Assembly: GCA_963675595.2 (NCBI GenBank)
Contig: CAXXLZ010000002.1
Location: 1,760,001-1,824,000, forward strand
Direction: 5' to 3'
Source of the DNA: Thermodesulfobacteriota bacterium
GTDB lineage: Bacteria > Desulfobacterota > Desulfarculia > JACQYL01
DNA: 64,000 nt
Part shown: positions 1-10,300 of the stretch, piece by piece
Numbering within the stretch: the stretch's first letter is position 1
How the letters are laid out: the number at the start of each line of letters is the position of its first letter
Made by a program: the position numbers and the translations under genes
The notes under the pieces: model-generated
The model's database searches: none
Told to the model about the DNA's origin: nothing
The model's input: the letters and a program-made list of their open reading frames with translations, nothing else

Positions 1-110
1 ACAAATGCTCCGCCCTTGCCCGGTTTCACATGGAGGAACTCCGTAATGATGAACGGTTTGCCGTCCAGTTCTATTTTGAGTCCTCTTCTAAAATCGGAAG
101 TCGAATACAC
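1..110 (-). CDS. efp: Elongation factor P, N-terminal part (truncated by window edge)
   Basis: Not in ORF track. Minus strand from GTG at 110 reads [36 protein letters not shown], with the EF-P KPGKG loop. GAGGGGG RBS upstream. Confidence 0.95.
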   Translation of the reverse strand, partial: MYSTSDFRRGLKIELDGKPFIITEFLHVKPGKGGAF

Positions 111-155
111 TGGATATTCCCCCCTCTGCAGCCCGCTTCCCACAACGGGGAAGCA

Positions 156-857
156 TTATCGTTCTTCAATTTCCTCAAGAAGCTTGGTCATGGCACCCAA
201 CAAGTTCTTGTTCTCTTCCAACTCGCGTTCCCGCAAAGTGCGAATTTCCTCCAATCTGGTCGAATAACGGGACTCCCCGGGGCTGTTTTGGGCAAGATGC
301 TCATAGATGCGCTCGGCCTCAAGGAGCTGCCCCTGTTCCACACAAAGCTCCGCCATGGTTTCCGTCTGAATCCCTTGGAACGGAGTCCGGTCCGCATCAT
401 CCGGCGCCTCTTGCCCTCCGTGAAGGTAAGCCTCGTAGGCCAGATGAACACGATAGGCAAGGACCGCTTCACGCGCCTTCCCCTGTTTCTTGAGAAGTCG
501 TGCGAGTCGCTCGAAAACGATCATGTACGGTTGAATCCGCTCCGCGGCCGAGGACAGAGGATCGAGAGCGGATTCCATCTCTTTCGTTCCCCAAAGCCGA
601 TCCCCGTAGGCCGACAATAGGCCCGGATCATCCGGGAATTCCTCAAGCCCCATGCTCAACAGGTCCAGGGCCTCTTCCGTGCGTTCCGCTTCAACAAGAA
701 CCTTTTCCGCCGCGAGGTACAGGTCGGGCGACCGGCGACGCGGGTCCAACGCTTCGAACAGTTTTCGAATTTCCCCATCCATGGCGCCCCACCCCGTTTC
801 AAGGCTTTTCAGTCGGCAACGCTCCTCTTCGTCCTCCGAACACGGACCTTCTACCAT
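156..857 (-). CDS. TPR-repeat protein
   Basis: Helical TPR-like segments (EEALDLLSMGLEEFPDD; TETMAELCVEQGQLLEAERIYEHL). Start uncertain: 857 or 782 rather than 1019. Confidence 0.7.
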   Translation of the reverse strand: MVEGPCSEDEEERCRLKSLETGWGAMDGEIRKLFEALDPRRRSPDLYLAAEKVLVEAERTEEALDLLSMGLEEFPDDPGLLSAYGDRLWGTKEMESALDPLSSAAERIQPYMIVFERLARLLKKQGKAREAVLAYRVHLAYEAYLHGGQEAPDDADRTPFQGIQTETMAELCVEQGQLLEAERIYEHLAQNSPGESRYSTRLEEIRTLRERELEENKNLLGAMTKLLEEIEER

Positions 858-1040
858 CAAATCTTCCTGCACCCGGGAAGGGGAAGGATTCCAACTCCGA
901 AGACAAACCTTAACAGACGACGCTGCAAGGCGGACTGTCTTATCGCGGTACGTCTCCGGTTCCGGAGCAATGCCCACCGGAGAACGGTCGAGTTCCCATT
1001 TTCTCGGGAGATGGAACAATCGACTGGAATGGTTCGAAGC

Positions 1041-1361
1041 CTATTCGGGTGTTTCCGGATCCGAAAGGGGCGTCTTGAAACGGTAGACCAGTTCTCCTTC
1101 GCGTACCAGTCCGAGTTCGTGGCGGGCGGTCTTCTCGATATAGTTTCGGTCGTCTCGAAGCCGCTTCACTCGTTCATAGAGCTCCCGGTTCTTCTCGTCC
1201 AATTCCTGCTTGACGACGACCAGCCGATCTCGTTCCTTTTGAAGGTTGACATACCCCATCAGCCCTTTGTCGCCGTACACGATGACCCATCCGGCAAGCA
1301 CGATCACCACGGTCAGCAACAGGACGGAACGAACGAATGTACTCAATTGAGCCAGGGCCAT
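1041..1361 (-). CDS. ftsB: Septum formation initiator, FtsB/DivIC family
   Basis: Single N-terminal TM helix, GDKG, coiled coil, YIEKTARHELGLVREGELVYRF signature. Confidence 0.85.
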   Translation of the reverse strand: MALAQLSTFVRSVLLLTVVIVLAGWVIVYGDKGLMGYVNLQKERDRLVVVKQELDEKNRELYERVKRLRDDRNYIEKTARHELGLVREGELVYRFKTPLSDPETPE

Positions 1362-2497
1362 ACTTTTCTCAAAAAACGTCGTCTGAGTTCGGTCGCCACG
1401 TATTCGTAACTGCCCTCACCCCGGAGAATCTTGAAAAAGGCCTCGAAAATCTCGGGATAGCGCTGCACTTTTCGCACAAAATACCGGGGGAACCGATATA
1501 TCCAGCGGGTCGCCCACGCCGCGTGCCGGAATTCGCTGTAGATCTCTCGTTCAATCCGTCTCTCGTAAGCTTCCAGCGATCCGGGCCTCCCTTCCAGGTG
1601 TCCCATCACCGCTTCGGCCGCCAACTGTGCGCTGTAGATCGCGAAGTAGATCCCTTCCCCGGTGAGAGGGTCCGTCAAACCGGCGGCATCACCCAGAAGC
1701 AGGGCTCCCGGAACCGACAGGGTTTGCTTCTTTCCGATGAAACTCACCAGTGCGTGCGCATGCGTGGGGGTCTTGGGATACGATTCTCCCCTGTCGAGAT
1801 TCATGTGGAAAAGAAAGTCCCTGAAGTGGTCCTTGAGCTGTCCTTTTCGGCGTCGCAATACGGCCAAGCCCGTGGAAAGCGTGTTCACGTGAGGGAACAC
1901 CCAGCCATAACCGAAAGGGACCCAACCCAAATCAATGTGTACCCGGTCGCCCATGGAACGGGCCGCCTGGCCGTCCTCAATCTTACGTTCCAGGCTGACG
2001 TAGTCCCAAGCCTTGTTTTTCGGAATCAGACACCTGCGTACGACGCTCAACGCCCCATCCGCCCCTGCGACGAATCGGGCGGAAAAATCTCCCGCCGTGG
2101 TACGTACGTCGAATCCGCCGTTGCGCCTGACAACCCGGCGTACCGATACGTTCTGGCACACGTGCGCCCCCGCCGACTCCGCCGCCCGAGCCAATTCCAG
2201 GTCCAGGCGCTCCCGGTGAACCATATAGGCCACAGGCTCGTCGGTGTACTGGGTGGTCGTATTCTTTCCCAAATAAGAGAGGGTCGCCCCTCGGATCTCC
2301 CCCTCAACGATACCCAATGCGTTCAGGTCCAGAATACGTTCGATTCTTTTGGAAACGCATCCGGCACAGGGCTTGATACGGGGGTGAACCTTCTTTTCCA
2401 GGGAAAGAACATTCAAGCCGTTTTCGGCCAGAACCTTGGAAAGGACCGAACCGGCGGGACCAAGTCCCACAACGGCAATATCATAAGTATTGTTCAC
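1343..2497 (-). CDS. Geranylgeranyl reductase family FAD-dependent oxidoreductase
   Basis: GLGPAG FAD motif, PRIKPCAG, GYGWVFP, GDAAGLTDPLTGEGIYFA. Overlaps the ftsB start by 19 nt. Confidence 0.9.
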   Translation of the reverse strand: MNNTYDIAVVGLGPAGSVLSKVLAENGLNVLSLEKKVHPRIKPCAGCVSKRIERILDLNALGIVEGEIRGATLSYLGKNTTTQYTDEPVAYMVHRERLDLELARAAESAGAHVCQNVSVRRVVRRNGGFDVRTTAGDFSARFVAGADGALSVVRRCLIPKNKAWDYVSLERKIEDGQAARSMGDRVHIDLGWVPFGYGWVFPHVNTLSTGLAVLRRRKGQLKDHFRDFLFHMNLDRGESYPKTPTHAHALVSFIGKKQTLSVPGALLLGDAAGLTDPLTGEGIYFAIYSAQLAAEAVMGHLEGRPGSLEAYERRIEREIYSEFRHAAWATRWIYRFPRYFVRKVQRYPEIFEAFFKILRGEGSYEYVATELRRRFLRKVWPWLN

Positions 2498-2608
2498 GGA
2501 CCGCCCGCCGGCTTTCCTCTTGTCTCAAAGGTCGCTTCGTGCTAGACATACCAACTTATGAATAGTTAGCATACCTCTGGAACTGATTTCAAGGGAGTTG
2601 CGTATTCA

Positions 2609-3970
2609 ATGACCCAACCGGAATCACTCTGTGATCTAAAAATCACCGGCGGCGTCGTGCTGACCCAAAACGGCGGGGGAGACGTCTTCGATCCGGGCTG
2701 CGTTTACATCCGGGGAGATCGGATCATCGGCGTCCATCCTTTGGAACGGGACCCCGACCTGCCCCGCGTCCAAGAGTGGGACGCCCGCGGGCGCCTGGTT
2801 ATGCCGGGACTGGTGAATACGCACACCCATCTCGCCATGTCTTGTTTCCGAGGATTGGCCGATGATCTTCCATTAATGACATGGCTTCACGATTATATTT
2901 TTCCGGTGGAATCCAAGTTCGTCGACGACACCCTCGTATACCGGGGCTCGTTGCTCTCCTGCGTCGAGGTTCTGCTCTCCGGCACCACCACCGTGGCCGA
3001 CGGCTACTTTTTCGAGGCCGATGCGGTTCGCGCGATGGAGGCATCCGGTCTTCGAGCCGTAGCCTGTCAGGGTGTGGTGGATTTTCCCGCTCCGGGAGTT
3101 CCCGATCCCGGGCGCAACGTGGAGGCTGCGGTCCGGTTCATGGAAACCGATGTCGCGAAAAAGGGACGAATCCGCCGAGGCGTTTTCTGTCATTCAGCCT
3201 ATACCTGTTCCCCCGAAACCTTGGTGCGGGCGAAGAACGCGTGCCGGGAGCGCAGAGCACCGCTGTTTATCCACCTCGCGGAAACGGAGGATGAAATCAG
3301 GGAGATTCAGAAACGATACGGCTGCAGCCCGGTAAAGCATCTGGAGCGACTGGGCCTGTTGGATGAAGACACGGTGGCCGTACACTGCGTCTGGCTCTCT
3401 ACGGAAGACATAGAGATTCTTGCGAAAAACCGAACCTCGGTTTCCCACAACCCGGAAAGCGGAATGAAATTGGGCTCCGGCGCCGCTCCGGTCGAAGAAT
3501 TACTGAATCGGGGAGTGATCGTGGGTTTGGGCACCGACGGACCCGCCAGCAACAACGACCAGGATCTCTTCCTGGAAATGGACACCGCGGCCAAGCTTCA
3601 AAAGGTCCGCGCCCTGGACCCCACCCGGCTTTCCGCTCGCAAGGCCCTGCATGCGGCGACGCTGGGCGGTGCCCAGGCACTGGGTCTCGGACGGGAAATC
3701 GGTTCTCTGGAGCCGGGCAAGAAAGCGGACGTTATTCTCCTCAACCTGGACCGGCCCCATCTAACCCCGGTGTACGACTATCATTCCCTCGTGGTGTATG
3801 CGGTCAAAGGCTCGGACGTGGAATCGGTGATCGTGGATGGACGAGTCTTGGTGGAAAACCGCCGTGTTCTCTCCGTTGATCCCCACGAGGCCATGGAGAA
3901 CGTTCGAAAGCTCGCCGCGGACATCCGAAAGACCCTGCACCGCCCGCTATCCTCGGCCGGCGGGGCGTAA
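2609..3970 (+). CDS. mtaD: Amidohydrolase, MTA/SAH deaminase-like
   Basis: PGLVNTHTH, HLAET, HNPES, LGTDGPASN and GKKAD motifs. Substrate is inferred from family resemblance. Confidence 0.8.
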   Translation: MTQPESLCDLKITGGVVLTQNGGGDVFDPGCVYIRGDRIIGVHPLERDPDLPRVQEWDARGRLVMPGLVNTHTHLAMSCFRGLADDLPLMTWLHDYIFPVESKFVDDTLVYRGSLLSCVEVLLSGTTTVADGYFFEADAVRAMEASGLRAVACQGVVDFPAPGVPDPGRNVEAAVRFMETDVAKKGRIRRGVFCHSAYTCSPETLVRAKNACRERRAPLFIHLAETEDEIREIQKRYGCSPVKHLERLGLLDEDTVAVHCVWLSTEDIEILAKNRTSVSHNPESGMKLGSGAAPVEELLNRGVIVGLGTDGPASNNDQDLFLEMDTAAKLQKVRALDPTRLSARKALHAATLGGAQALGLGREIGSLEPGKKADVILLNLDRPHLTPVYDYHSLVVYAVKGSDVESVIVDGRVLVENRRVLSVDPHEAMENVRKLAADIRKTLHRPLSSAGGA

Positions 3971-4000
3971 CCCCGCCAAGCTCACCGCCTTTTCCGAAAC

Positions 4001-4696
4001 CTACTTGGAAAAGGCCTTCAAAGTGTTCACCAGCTCCAGCGCTTCTCCGGAGGGCTTGACCTTCTTGTCGAGCAAAATGTCCCGGGAATCCACTGCAACG
4101 CCGTAATAAGCCTTATCGGCATCCGGGTCCGGCGCCACGGCGCTGCCTTTCAGTGACACTCCCGCGAAAAATCCTTTGGTGCGGGAATAGGTCAAAATCT
4201 CGGCCGTCAATAAAACGTCGGTTTCCGCCGTCAGTGTCCGGCCCACCGGCCCCGCCGCCGCGGACACGTCGCCCCCCAGGGTCACTTTTCCCTTGAGCAG
4301 GCTGTCCAGACCTCTGCGGTTTCTGATGACCAGGAGAAAGTCGATGGCTTCTCCGCCGATTTGAAAACCGAAACTCCCTCCCCCGAGAGTGAAGAATGCG
4401 GGTGCGGTCCACTCACCCGTTTCGGAATCCCGGGCGCACATGACGCCCTGCCCGAACTGCCCGCCCACGATAAACGCCCCCTTGAGGACCCGTGGGAAAA
4501 TGGCCACCGCCGCGGCGTTCGAGAAGAGTTCCATGGGCACGGCCTTGTCGGGGCTGTTCATGAACTCCTGCAGTACCAGGGCGGCGTTCTTTACTCTCTC
4601 GCCTTCGTCCCCGCCCCACACGGGCACGGAAAAGGCGAACAGCATCGCACACAGAACGAGCCCTACCCGAAACGCTCTCCGCCTCGAGTTCATCAT
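4001..4696 (-). CDS. Lipid-binding SYLF (Ysc84-like) domain protein, exported
   Basis: Signal-peptide-like N-terminus, GAFIVGGQFGQG, GGSFGFQIG, AAAGPVGR, YSRTKGFFAGVSL. GGAGG RBS before ATG 4696. Confidence 0.9.
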   Translation of the reverse strand: MMNSRRRAFRVGLVLCAMLFAFSVPVWGGDEGERVKNAALVLQEFMNSPDKAVPMELFSNAAAVAIFPRVLKGAFIVGGQFGQGVMCARDSETGEWTAPAFFTLGGGSFGFQIGGEAIDFLLVIRNRRGLDSLLKGKVTLGGDVSAAAGPVGRTLTAETDVLLTAEILTYSRTKGFFAGVSLKGSAVAPDPDADKAYYGVAVDSRDILLDKKVKPSGEALELVNTLKAFSK

Positions 4697-4835
4697 GGCG
4701 TCTTTCCTCCCATTATCGCTCGAATCGACTTGGTTTGCCGGAAACAATTCCAACGACTCGGACAAGTATAGGAGGGATGGAGCAGCCGCGTCAACGCGAT
4801 CCGGCGCCGGTCGGCTCGACTATCCGCGTCCGAGC

Positions 4836-4851
4836 TGGAATGGATGTTGCA
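4836..4851 (+). promoter_or_regulatory. Putative sigma54 (-24/-12) promoter upstream of flgN-flgK-flgL
   Basis: TGGAATG-GATG-TTGCA fits TGGCAC-N5-TTGC with exact GG/GC spacing, about 200 bp before flgN. Confidence 0.6.
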
Positions 4852-5048
4852 CTGGTCAACACCCGAAGGTCGAGGTCAATCTCCGGCCGGGGCAGATTCC
4901 TTATTTTTTAAGCGGTATCAATAACCTACACCTCGGCATGGATCGTTCCGTCAAGGCAAGACTTACCTACTCTCCCCGCTCGCTCGGCATCTTGTGCCCA
5001 GGCGGTCCGACCCCAAAGGCCGGCTTTCGAACTTACGGAGGAACTGCG

Positions 5049-5552
5049 TTGGAAGCCTTGTATTCGAGACTCCATCATTTGCTTTGTCAACAAATCGACT
5101 GCCATGATTCGCTCATCGAAAGCCTGAAGAACGAACGGGAGCTTCTTAAGCGACTCGCTCCGGAAGAACTCCAAGACAACACCGGCGCCAAACAGGCCTT
5201 GCTCGACCGAATTCGTGAGCTGGAAGAGCTTAGAATGGATATTTCAGGCGAAATCGCGTATTTTCTCGGCATCTCACCCGAAGACGCCACTTTGTCCCGA
5301 ACCGCCGAAAGCGCTCCGGACCCATGGAACCGGAAGTTGTTCGAGGCAAGGGAACGATTATTGCATCTGACACGGTCGGTGATTCAGCTCAACGAAAGAA
5401 ACCGAAGGCTGTTTACCCAGGGTCGAAACCATTTCAAGCGTTTCATGTCCCTGCTGGGCGCCGCGGGAAACCCGAATCGAACCTATCACCGAAGCGGGCA
5501 AATGAGCCCAAGCGGCAAAGGACAGGGGATGCTGCTGTCTCGCAGCGCCTGA
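5049..5552 (+). CDS. flgN: Flagellar export chaperone FlgN
   Basis: TTG 5049 with GGAGG RBS. Helical protein with N-x-x-N-x-x-L and C-terminal TY-x-x-x-G, directly upstream of flgK. Confidence 0.85.
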   Translation: MEALYSRLHHLLCQQIDCHDSLIESLKNERELLKRLAPEELQDNTGAKQALLDRIRELEELRMDISGEIAYFLGISPEDATLSRTAESAPDPWNRKLFEARERLLHLTRSVIQLNERNRRLFTQGRNHFKRFMSLLGAAGNPNRTYHRSGQMSPSGKGQGMLLSRSA

Positions 5553-5573
5553 GAAACAAGAGGGGAACAGCGT

Positions 5574-7283
5574 ATGAGTCTCAATGGATTGCTCAGCATG
5601 GCCGCGAGCGCCCTGCTCCGGAATCAGGTGGCCCTGTCGGTCACGGGCCATAACGTTTCCAACGTGCACACCGAAGGATACTCCCGCCAACGGGTCACCA
5701 TGGTCACCGAAGCGCCTTCCGACAGCCGCGCCGGGCAGATCGGCAACGGCGTCAATATCGACTCCATCCTTCGTCAAGTCGATGAATTCCTCATCCGCGA
5801 GGTCAACGGAAGCGTCCAGGACTTGAGTCGTTGGGAAGAACAGAATGCGATCATGGCCCAGGTGGAAACCGTGCTCACCGAAAGTGAGGATTTCGGTATC
5901 AACAAGCTGATGAACGATTTCTGGAATGCCTGGAGCGATCTGGCCAACGAGCCCTCCGGACTCACCGAACGCACCGCCCTTCTAAACACCGCGGAATCCC
6001 TGGCCGACGCTTTCCAATCAAGGGCGGAAGCTCTAGAGGAGATCAACCAGGGCATCGACAATGAGATATCGGTGGCGGTGGATGAGATCAATTCCATTAC
6101 CACTCAGATCGCCGATTTGGACAAACAGATATCCTTGGCCGAAGCGGGCAACGCCATGTCCGCCAACGATCTTCGCGACAAACGGGAAAAGCTGATGGAC
6201 GAATTGGGCGGCTACCTCGATGTCGAATATCTGGAATCCACGGGTCCCGACGGCCAACTCGAGTTTCACGTGTACCTCTCCGACGGCCGATCCCTGGTCG
6301 ACGGAGGCACGAGCTACAACCTGAACGCGGATTCGTTTCTACCCGACTCCCAATATCATGACGTTCAACTCGAAGGGTCAAGCGCCACATCCGGCAGCAT
6401 CCTTGCGGACGTGACCAAGGGAAAGCTCGTCGCCTGGATCGAGGTGCGTGATGAACACATCCCTGAGATCCTTTCCCAGCTCGATCAATTGGCAGCCAAC
6501 TTGGCCGTTGAAGTGAACAAGCTTCATATCCAAGGATACGGGTTGGATGGAAGCAGCGGAAATCGTTTTTTCGAAACCCTTCCCGTTTCCACCTGGGGCA
6601 ACAATGAAAACCAGGGCGACGTGATGATTGAAGGGGGCGTCATGGACCTTACCCAATTGACCATGGACGCCTACCGCATCGAGTTCACCTCTCCGACCGA
6701 GTTCAGAGTCATCAATGAGACGACCGGAGAGCCGCTGGCCAATCCCGACGGCGCCGTCGACGACTATACATGGGATTATACCTCGGGTGCGCCTATCCGT
6801 TTCGACGGCCTGGAAATCAACATCACGGACGGCGACACGACACCGCAGGCGGGTGACGTCTTCTACGTGGATCCGGCCAAGAACGCCGCCAAACACTTGT
6901 CGCCGGCGTCCGAAGTCCTGGCCGATACGGACAAGATCGCCGCGGGTGAGGTGCCCGAGGCCGGGGATAACGGCATGGCCATCATGATCCAGGAACTTCA
7001 GACCACCACCATCATGAAGGACGGAACCGTCACCTTCGAGATGTACTACGGTTCCACCGTCAGCCTGGTGGGCGTTCTGAAACAGGAAGCGGAACTCAAC
7101 GAAGACCACTACACCGCGGTGCACGAACAGCTGAACACGCTCAAGCTGTCCACATCGGGCGTCTCCCTGGACGAAGAAATGACGTTCCTGATGAAATATC
7201 AATACGCCTTCCAGGCGTCGAGCAAACTGGTAACCACCACGGATGAGTTGTACCAGGTTCTTCTCGGCATGCTGAACAGGTAA
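5574..7283 (+). CDS. flgK: Flagellar hook-associated protein 1
   Basis: TGHNVSNVHTEGYSRQ N-terminus, NDLRDKRE, SGVSLDEEMTFLMKYQYAFQASSK C-terminus. Confidence 0.97.
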   Translation: MSLNGLLSMAASALLRNQVALSVTGHNVSNVHTEGYSRQRVTMVTEAPSDSRAGQIGNGVNIDSILRQVDEFLIREVNGSVQDLSRWEEQNAIMAQVETVLTESEDFGINKLMNDFWNAWSDLANEPSGLTERTALLNTAESLADAFQSRAEALEEINQGIDNEISVAVDEINSITTQIADLDKQISLAEAGNAMSANDLRDKREKLMDELGGYLDVEYLESTGPDGQLEFHVYLSDGRSLVDGGTSYNLNADSFLPDSQYHDVQLEGSSATSGSILADVTKGKLVAWIEVRDEHIPEILSQLDQLAANLAVEVNKLHIQGYGLDGSSGNRFFETLPVSTWGNNENQGDVMIEGGVMDLTQLTMDAYRIEFTSPTEFRVINETTGEPLANPDGAVDDYTWDYTSGAPIRFDGLEINITDGDTTPQAGDVFYVDPAKNAAKHLSPASEVLADTDKIAAGEVPEAGDNGMAIMIQELQTTTIMKDGTVTFEMYYGSTVSLVGVLKQEAELNEDHYTAVHEQLNTLKLSTSGVSLDEEMTFLMKYQYAFQASSKLVTTTDELYQVLLGMLNR

Positions 7284-7301
7284 CCCTCGGGAGTCTTGTC
7301 C

Positions 7302-10300
7302 ATGCGCGTTACACAAAACATGCTTTACCAGAATTCGTTGAGCGCCATCCTGAGAAATCAGGAAAAAGTTCTGGACTACCAGAACCAGGTCAACACTCAG
7401 AAGCGGGTCAATCAAGCTTCCGACGGTCCCCTGGATATGAGCAGAGTTCTCGCTCTCAGGGAGGAGCTTTCCGCCACGGTGCAATACGAGAGGAACATCT
7501 CCAAGGCGACGTCCTGGCTCACCGCCACGGAAACGGCACTGCAGGAGGTCACCGATCTGGTCAGAGGCGCAAGAACATTGGCCCTTGCCCAGGCCAACGG
7601 GACCCAAAGCGACGACAGCCGTGAAACAGCCATCGAGGAGGTTCTGGGAATCATCGACAGCCTCATCAACCTGGGCAACACCCAGGTGGGCAACTCGTAC
7701 ATTTTCGGCGGCACCAGAACCACGGTGACTCCCTTTAATTCGGACGGCACCTACAACGGCAACGGCAGCTCCATCCTTTCCGAGATCAACAAAGCGATCT
7801 TCGAACAGATCAATGTCGCGGGAAGTCAATTTCTGGTAGCGGATCTGAACCCGGACATCTCCGAGCCTCACAGCAGCTCGGGCAAACTCGCCTATGAATA
7901 CAGTGGAAGCGCCTCGGGCCAACGCGCCCAACTGAGCAACTGGGTGGTCTCGTCCCCTGAAGACAACTACACCTACGACTTCACGGTTACTCTGGACGAC
8001 GGAACGGAGCGCAAGATTTCCTACACCACGGACGCCTCCGCCACTCAGGACGAATTGGGCAGAGGCTTGGTGCGTGCCGTCGAGCAAGACGACGTATTGG
8101 GAGACGAAATCCAGGCCGATTACGAGGACGGCGTTCTGACCCTGACGGCCGTTTCGAGGGATTCGAGTGCGGGTTCCTACCGATTGCGAAGCGTCATCAG
8201 TCCGTTCAGCACCACCCATTCTCAATTCTCCGCAAGCTCGCAGGAGATGAAATCCAATTTCGTTTTCAACTCCACCAATTCCACCCTCAAATTCACTGAG
8301 ACGGGTTACGGGCTGGAAAACACCATTGCGGATCCTCCTTCGGGGACTTCCTTCTCTCTGACTTTCGGAATGGGAGACATCACGGAGACCGTGGAGGTGT
8401 CCTATGCCGCGGCGCCTTCGGGAGACGCGTTGGGCGCCGACTTGGCACAAGCCGTCAACGAGAACACCACATTGTCGGAATGGCTGCACGCATCCTACGA
8501 TGAGGACACCAACCAATTCGTCGTTGTAGCCAAAACCGGCGTGTCGGGAGCCGACGACTTCACCGTGACCCAGGGCAGCGGTGCGGTATTCGACGCTGCG
8601 GCGACGTTGGAGACCGAGTTCGATCTAAAGACCTTCGAGCTGACCACGAACATCATCGAAGACAGCGGTGCGGTGAGTGGAGTGGCGTACGGAGGTCAGG
8701 ACACGGCGAAGTTCTTGAACGAGGCTCTGGAAGCAACAAGCGCGGCTTATGGATTTTCCCTCTCCTATGACGTCGAATTCGATTTCGTGGATGATCAGGA
8801 AACCAAGAACCGTTTCACCATCACGAACGTCTCATCCAACGATTCCACCGTGGAACTGCTGTGGTCCGATCCGGACAGCAGTATCCGTGAAACACTGGGA
8901 TTTGCCGCTTTGGACTCATCCGACCTCGTCCCCGGGGACGCGGACACGAGCGAAGGTCAAGTGGAGTTCAACATTCTCGAAAATGTCAACGACCGATTCC
9001 GTATCAACGTGGACGGAGGCGGTTTCGTAACCATCGTTCTGACACCGGGCGCCTACACGGCCAAGGAACTGGCGGACCATATCCAGAGCACGGTGAACTC
9101 GAATCCCGCGGCGGGAGACGTTTGGGTCACCTTCTCTGAGGCCGATGGAGGTCAATTCACGTTCACCTCCAAGAGTTCCGGCACGTCTTCCACGGTGCGC
9201 TTGATGGCCGGTGAGGGCGCGGAAAGAGAGTCGGACTTTTTGAGGACCATCGGTTTCGCCTCGGAAGCGGGTCTCTCCGTAACGCCCTCGGTGATTACGG
9301 GTTCCGGATCGGTGGACGGTTTCGACGTTTTGAACCTGGAGCCGTTCGAAAACCCGGAAGCTCACGAAATTGAGTTGATCTACAGTTCGGACCCTGCGGG
9401 TTCTCCTTTAGAATGGCATGTGACCACCGACGGCGGCTACCTGAATCTGAGCGTGGTCGAATCCGACGATGAATCCGTCGAACTGGATTTCGACGGCGAC
9501 GGCGCATCGGACCTGCGTTTGAACATCAGCGGCGCTTGGTCTTCCGGGGATGTGGTTTCGGTGGAATTATCCAGAAGCTATCGCGAAAGCGTGGCCGTTG
9601 AAGACGGCACGGACTCCGTGTTCCTGAAGGACCTCAACGGCGGCCAAGGCATTGGAATGAGCCCCCCCGTGTCGTTCACCGTGGACGCTTTCAACGACAC
9701 GATTCAATACGTCGACGACGGCGCGTCGCTTTCGCTGCAAATACCCGCCGGTGACTACACGGGTGAAGAGTTGGCCGAAGTTCTGGAAGGGCAGTTCGGT
9801 TCCGGATATACGGTGAGCTATTCGGACGGACGATTTTCGATCCTGAAAGACGGCGGCACCCTCACGCTTGACTGGAACGACCCCAACTCGACCGCCATCG
9901 GGCTGTTGGGATTCGAGGCACAAGCGGCGTCGGGCGCCCTTGCCTACACCAGCGATTACCCGGTGGAAACCATCCATTTGAGCGTCATGGATCGGGCGGG
10001 CAACGAAGCCCAAGTGGATATGGCCGCCTTTGAGGTGATCGGCTCGGGGGCCGATCAGAACAACGGTATCTACTTCGCCGATGCCGGAGTGACCATCAGG
10101 ATTCCTCCGGGATATTACACCGGAGATCAACTAGCCTCGGTCATCGAAAGCCGTTTGGAGTACTATGCTCCCGGAAACGACGACTATTCGGTCACCTTTC
10201 GCGACGGCACATTTTCGGTCACCAACAACAGCGGCAATCCCTTCGAAATATCCATGGCCTTCGGCACCAGTGCAGCAGATCTTCTGGGATTCGATGATAC

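Noticed and set aside
1343-3970. Divergent reductase/deaminase pair as a menaquinone (futalosine) module
   Set aside because: No mqn genes in the window, and family-level motifs cannot assign those substrates.
4389-5048. N-terminal extension of the 387-aa ORF containing flgN
   Set aside because: It overlaps the SYLF gene on the opposite strand. FlgN-like sequence and a good RBS begin at TTG 5049.
6378-8516. 712-aa minus-strand ORF and similar long antisense ORFs (e.g. 1337-2545, 37513-39138, 39151-40776, 42383-44335, 51574-52965)
   Set aside because: Shadow frames opposite well-supported genes, expected in GC-rich DNA and lacking recognisable motifs.
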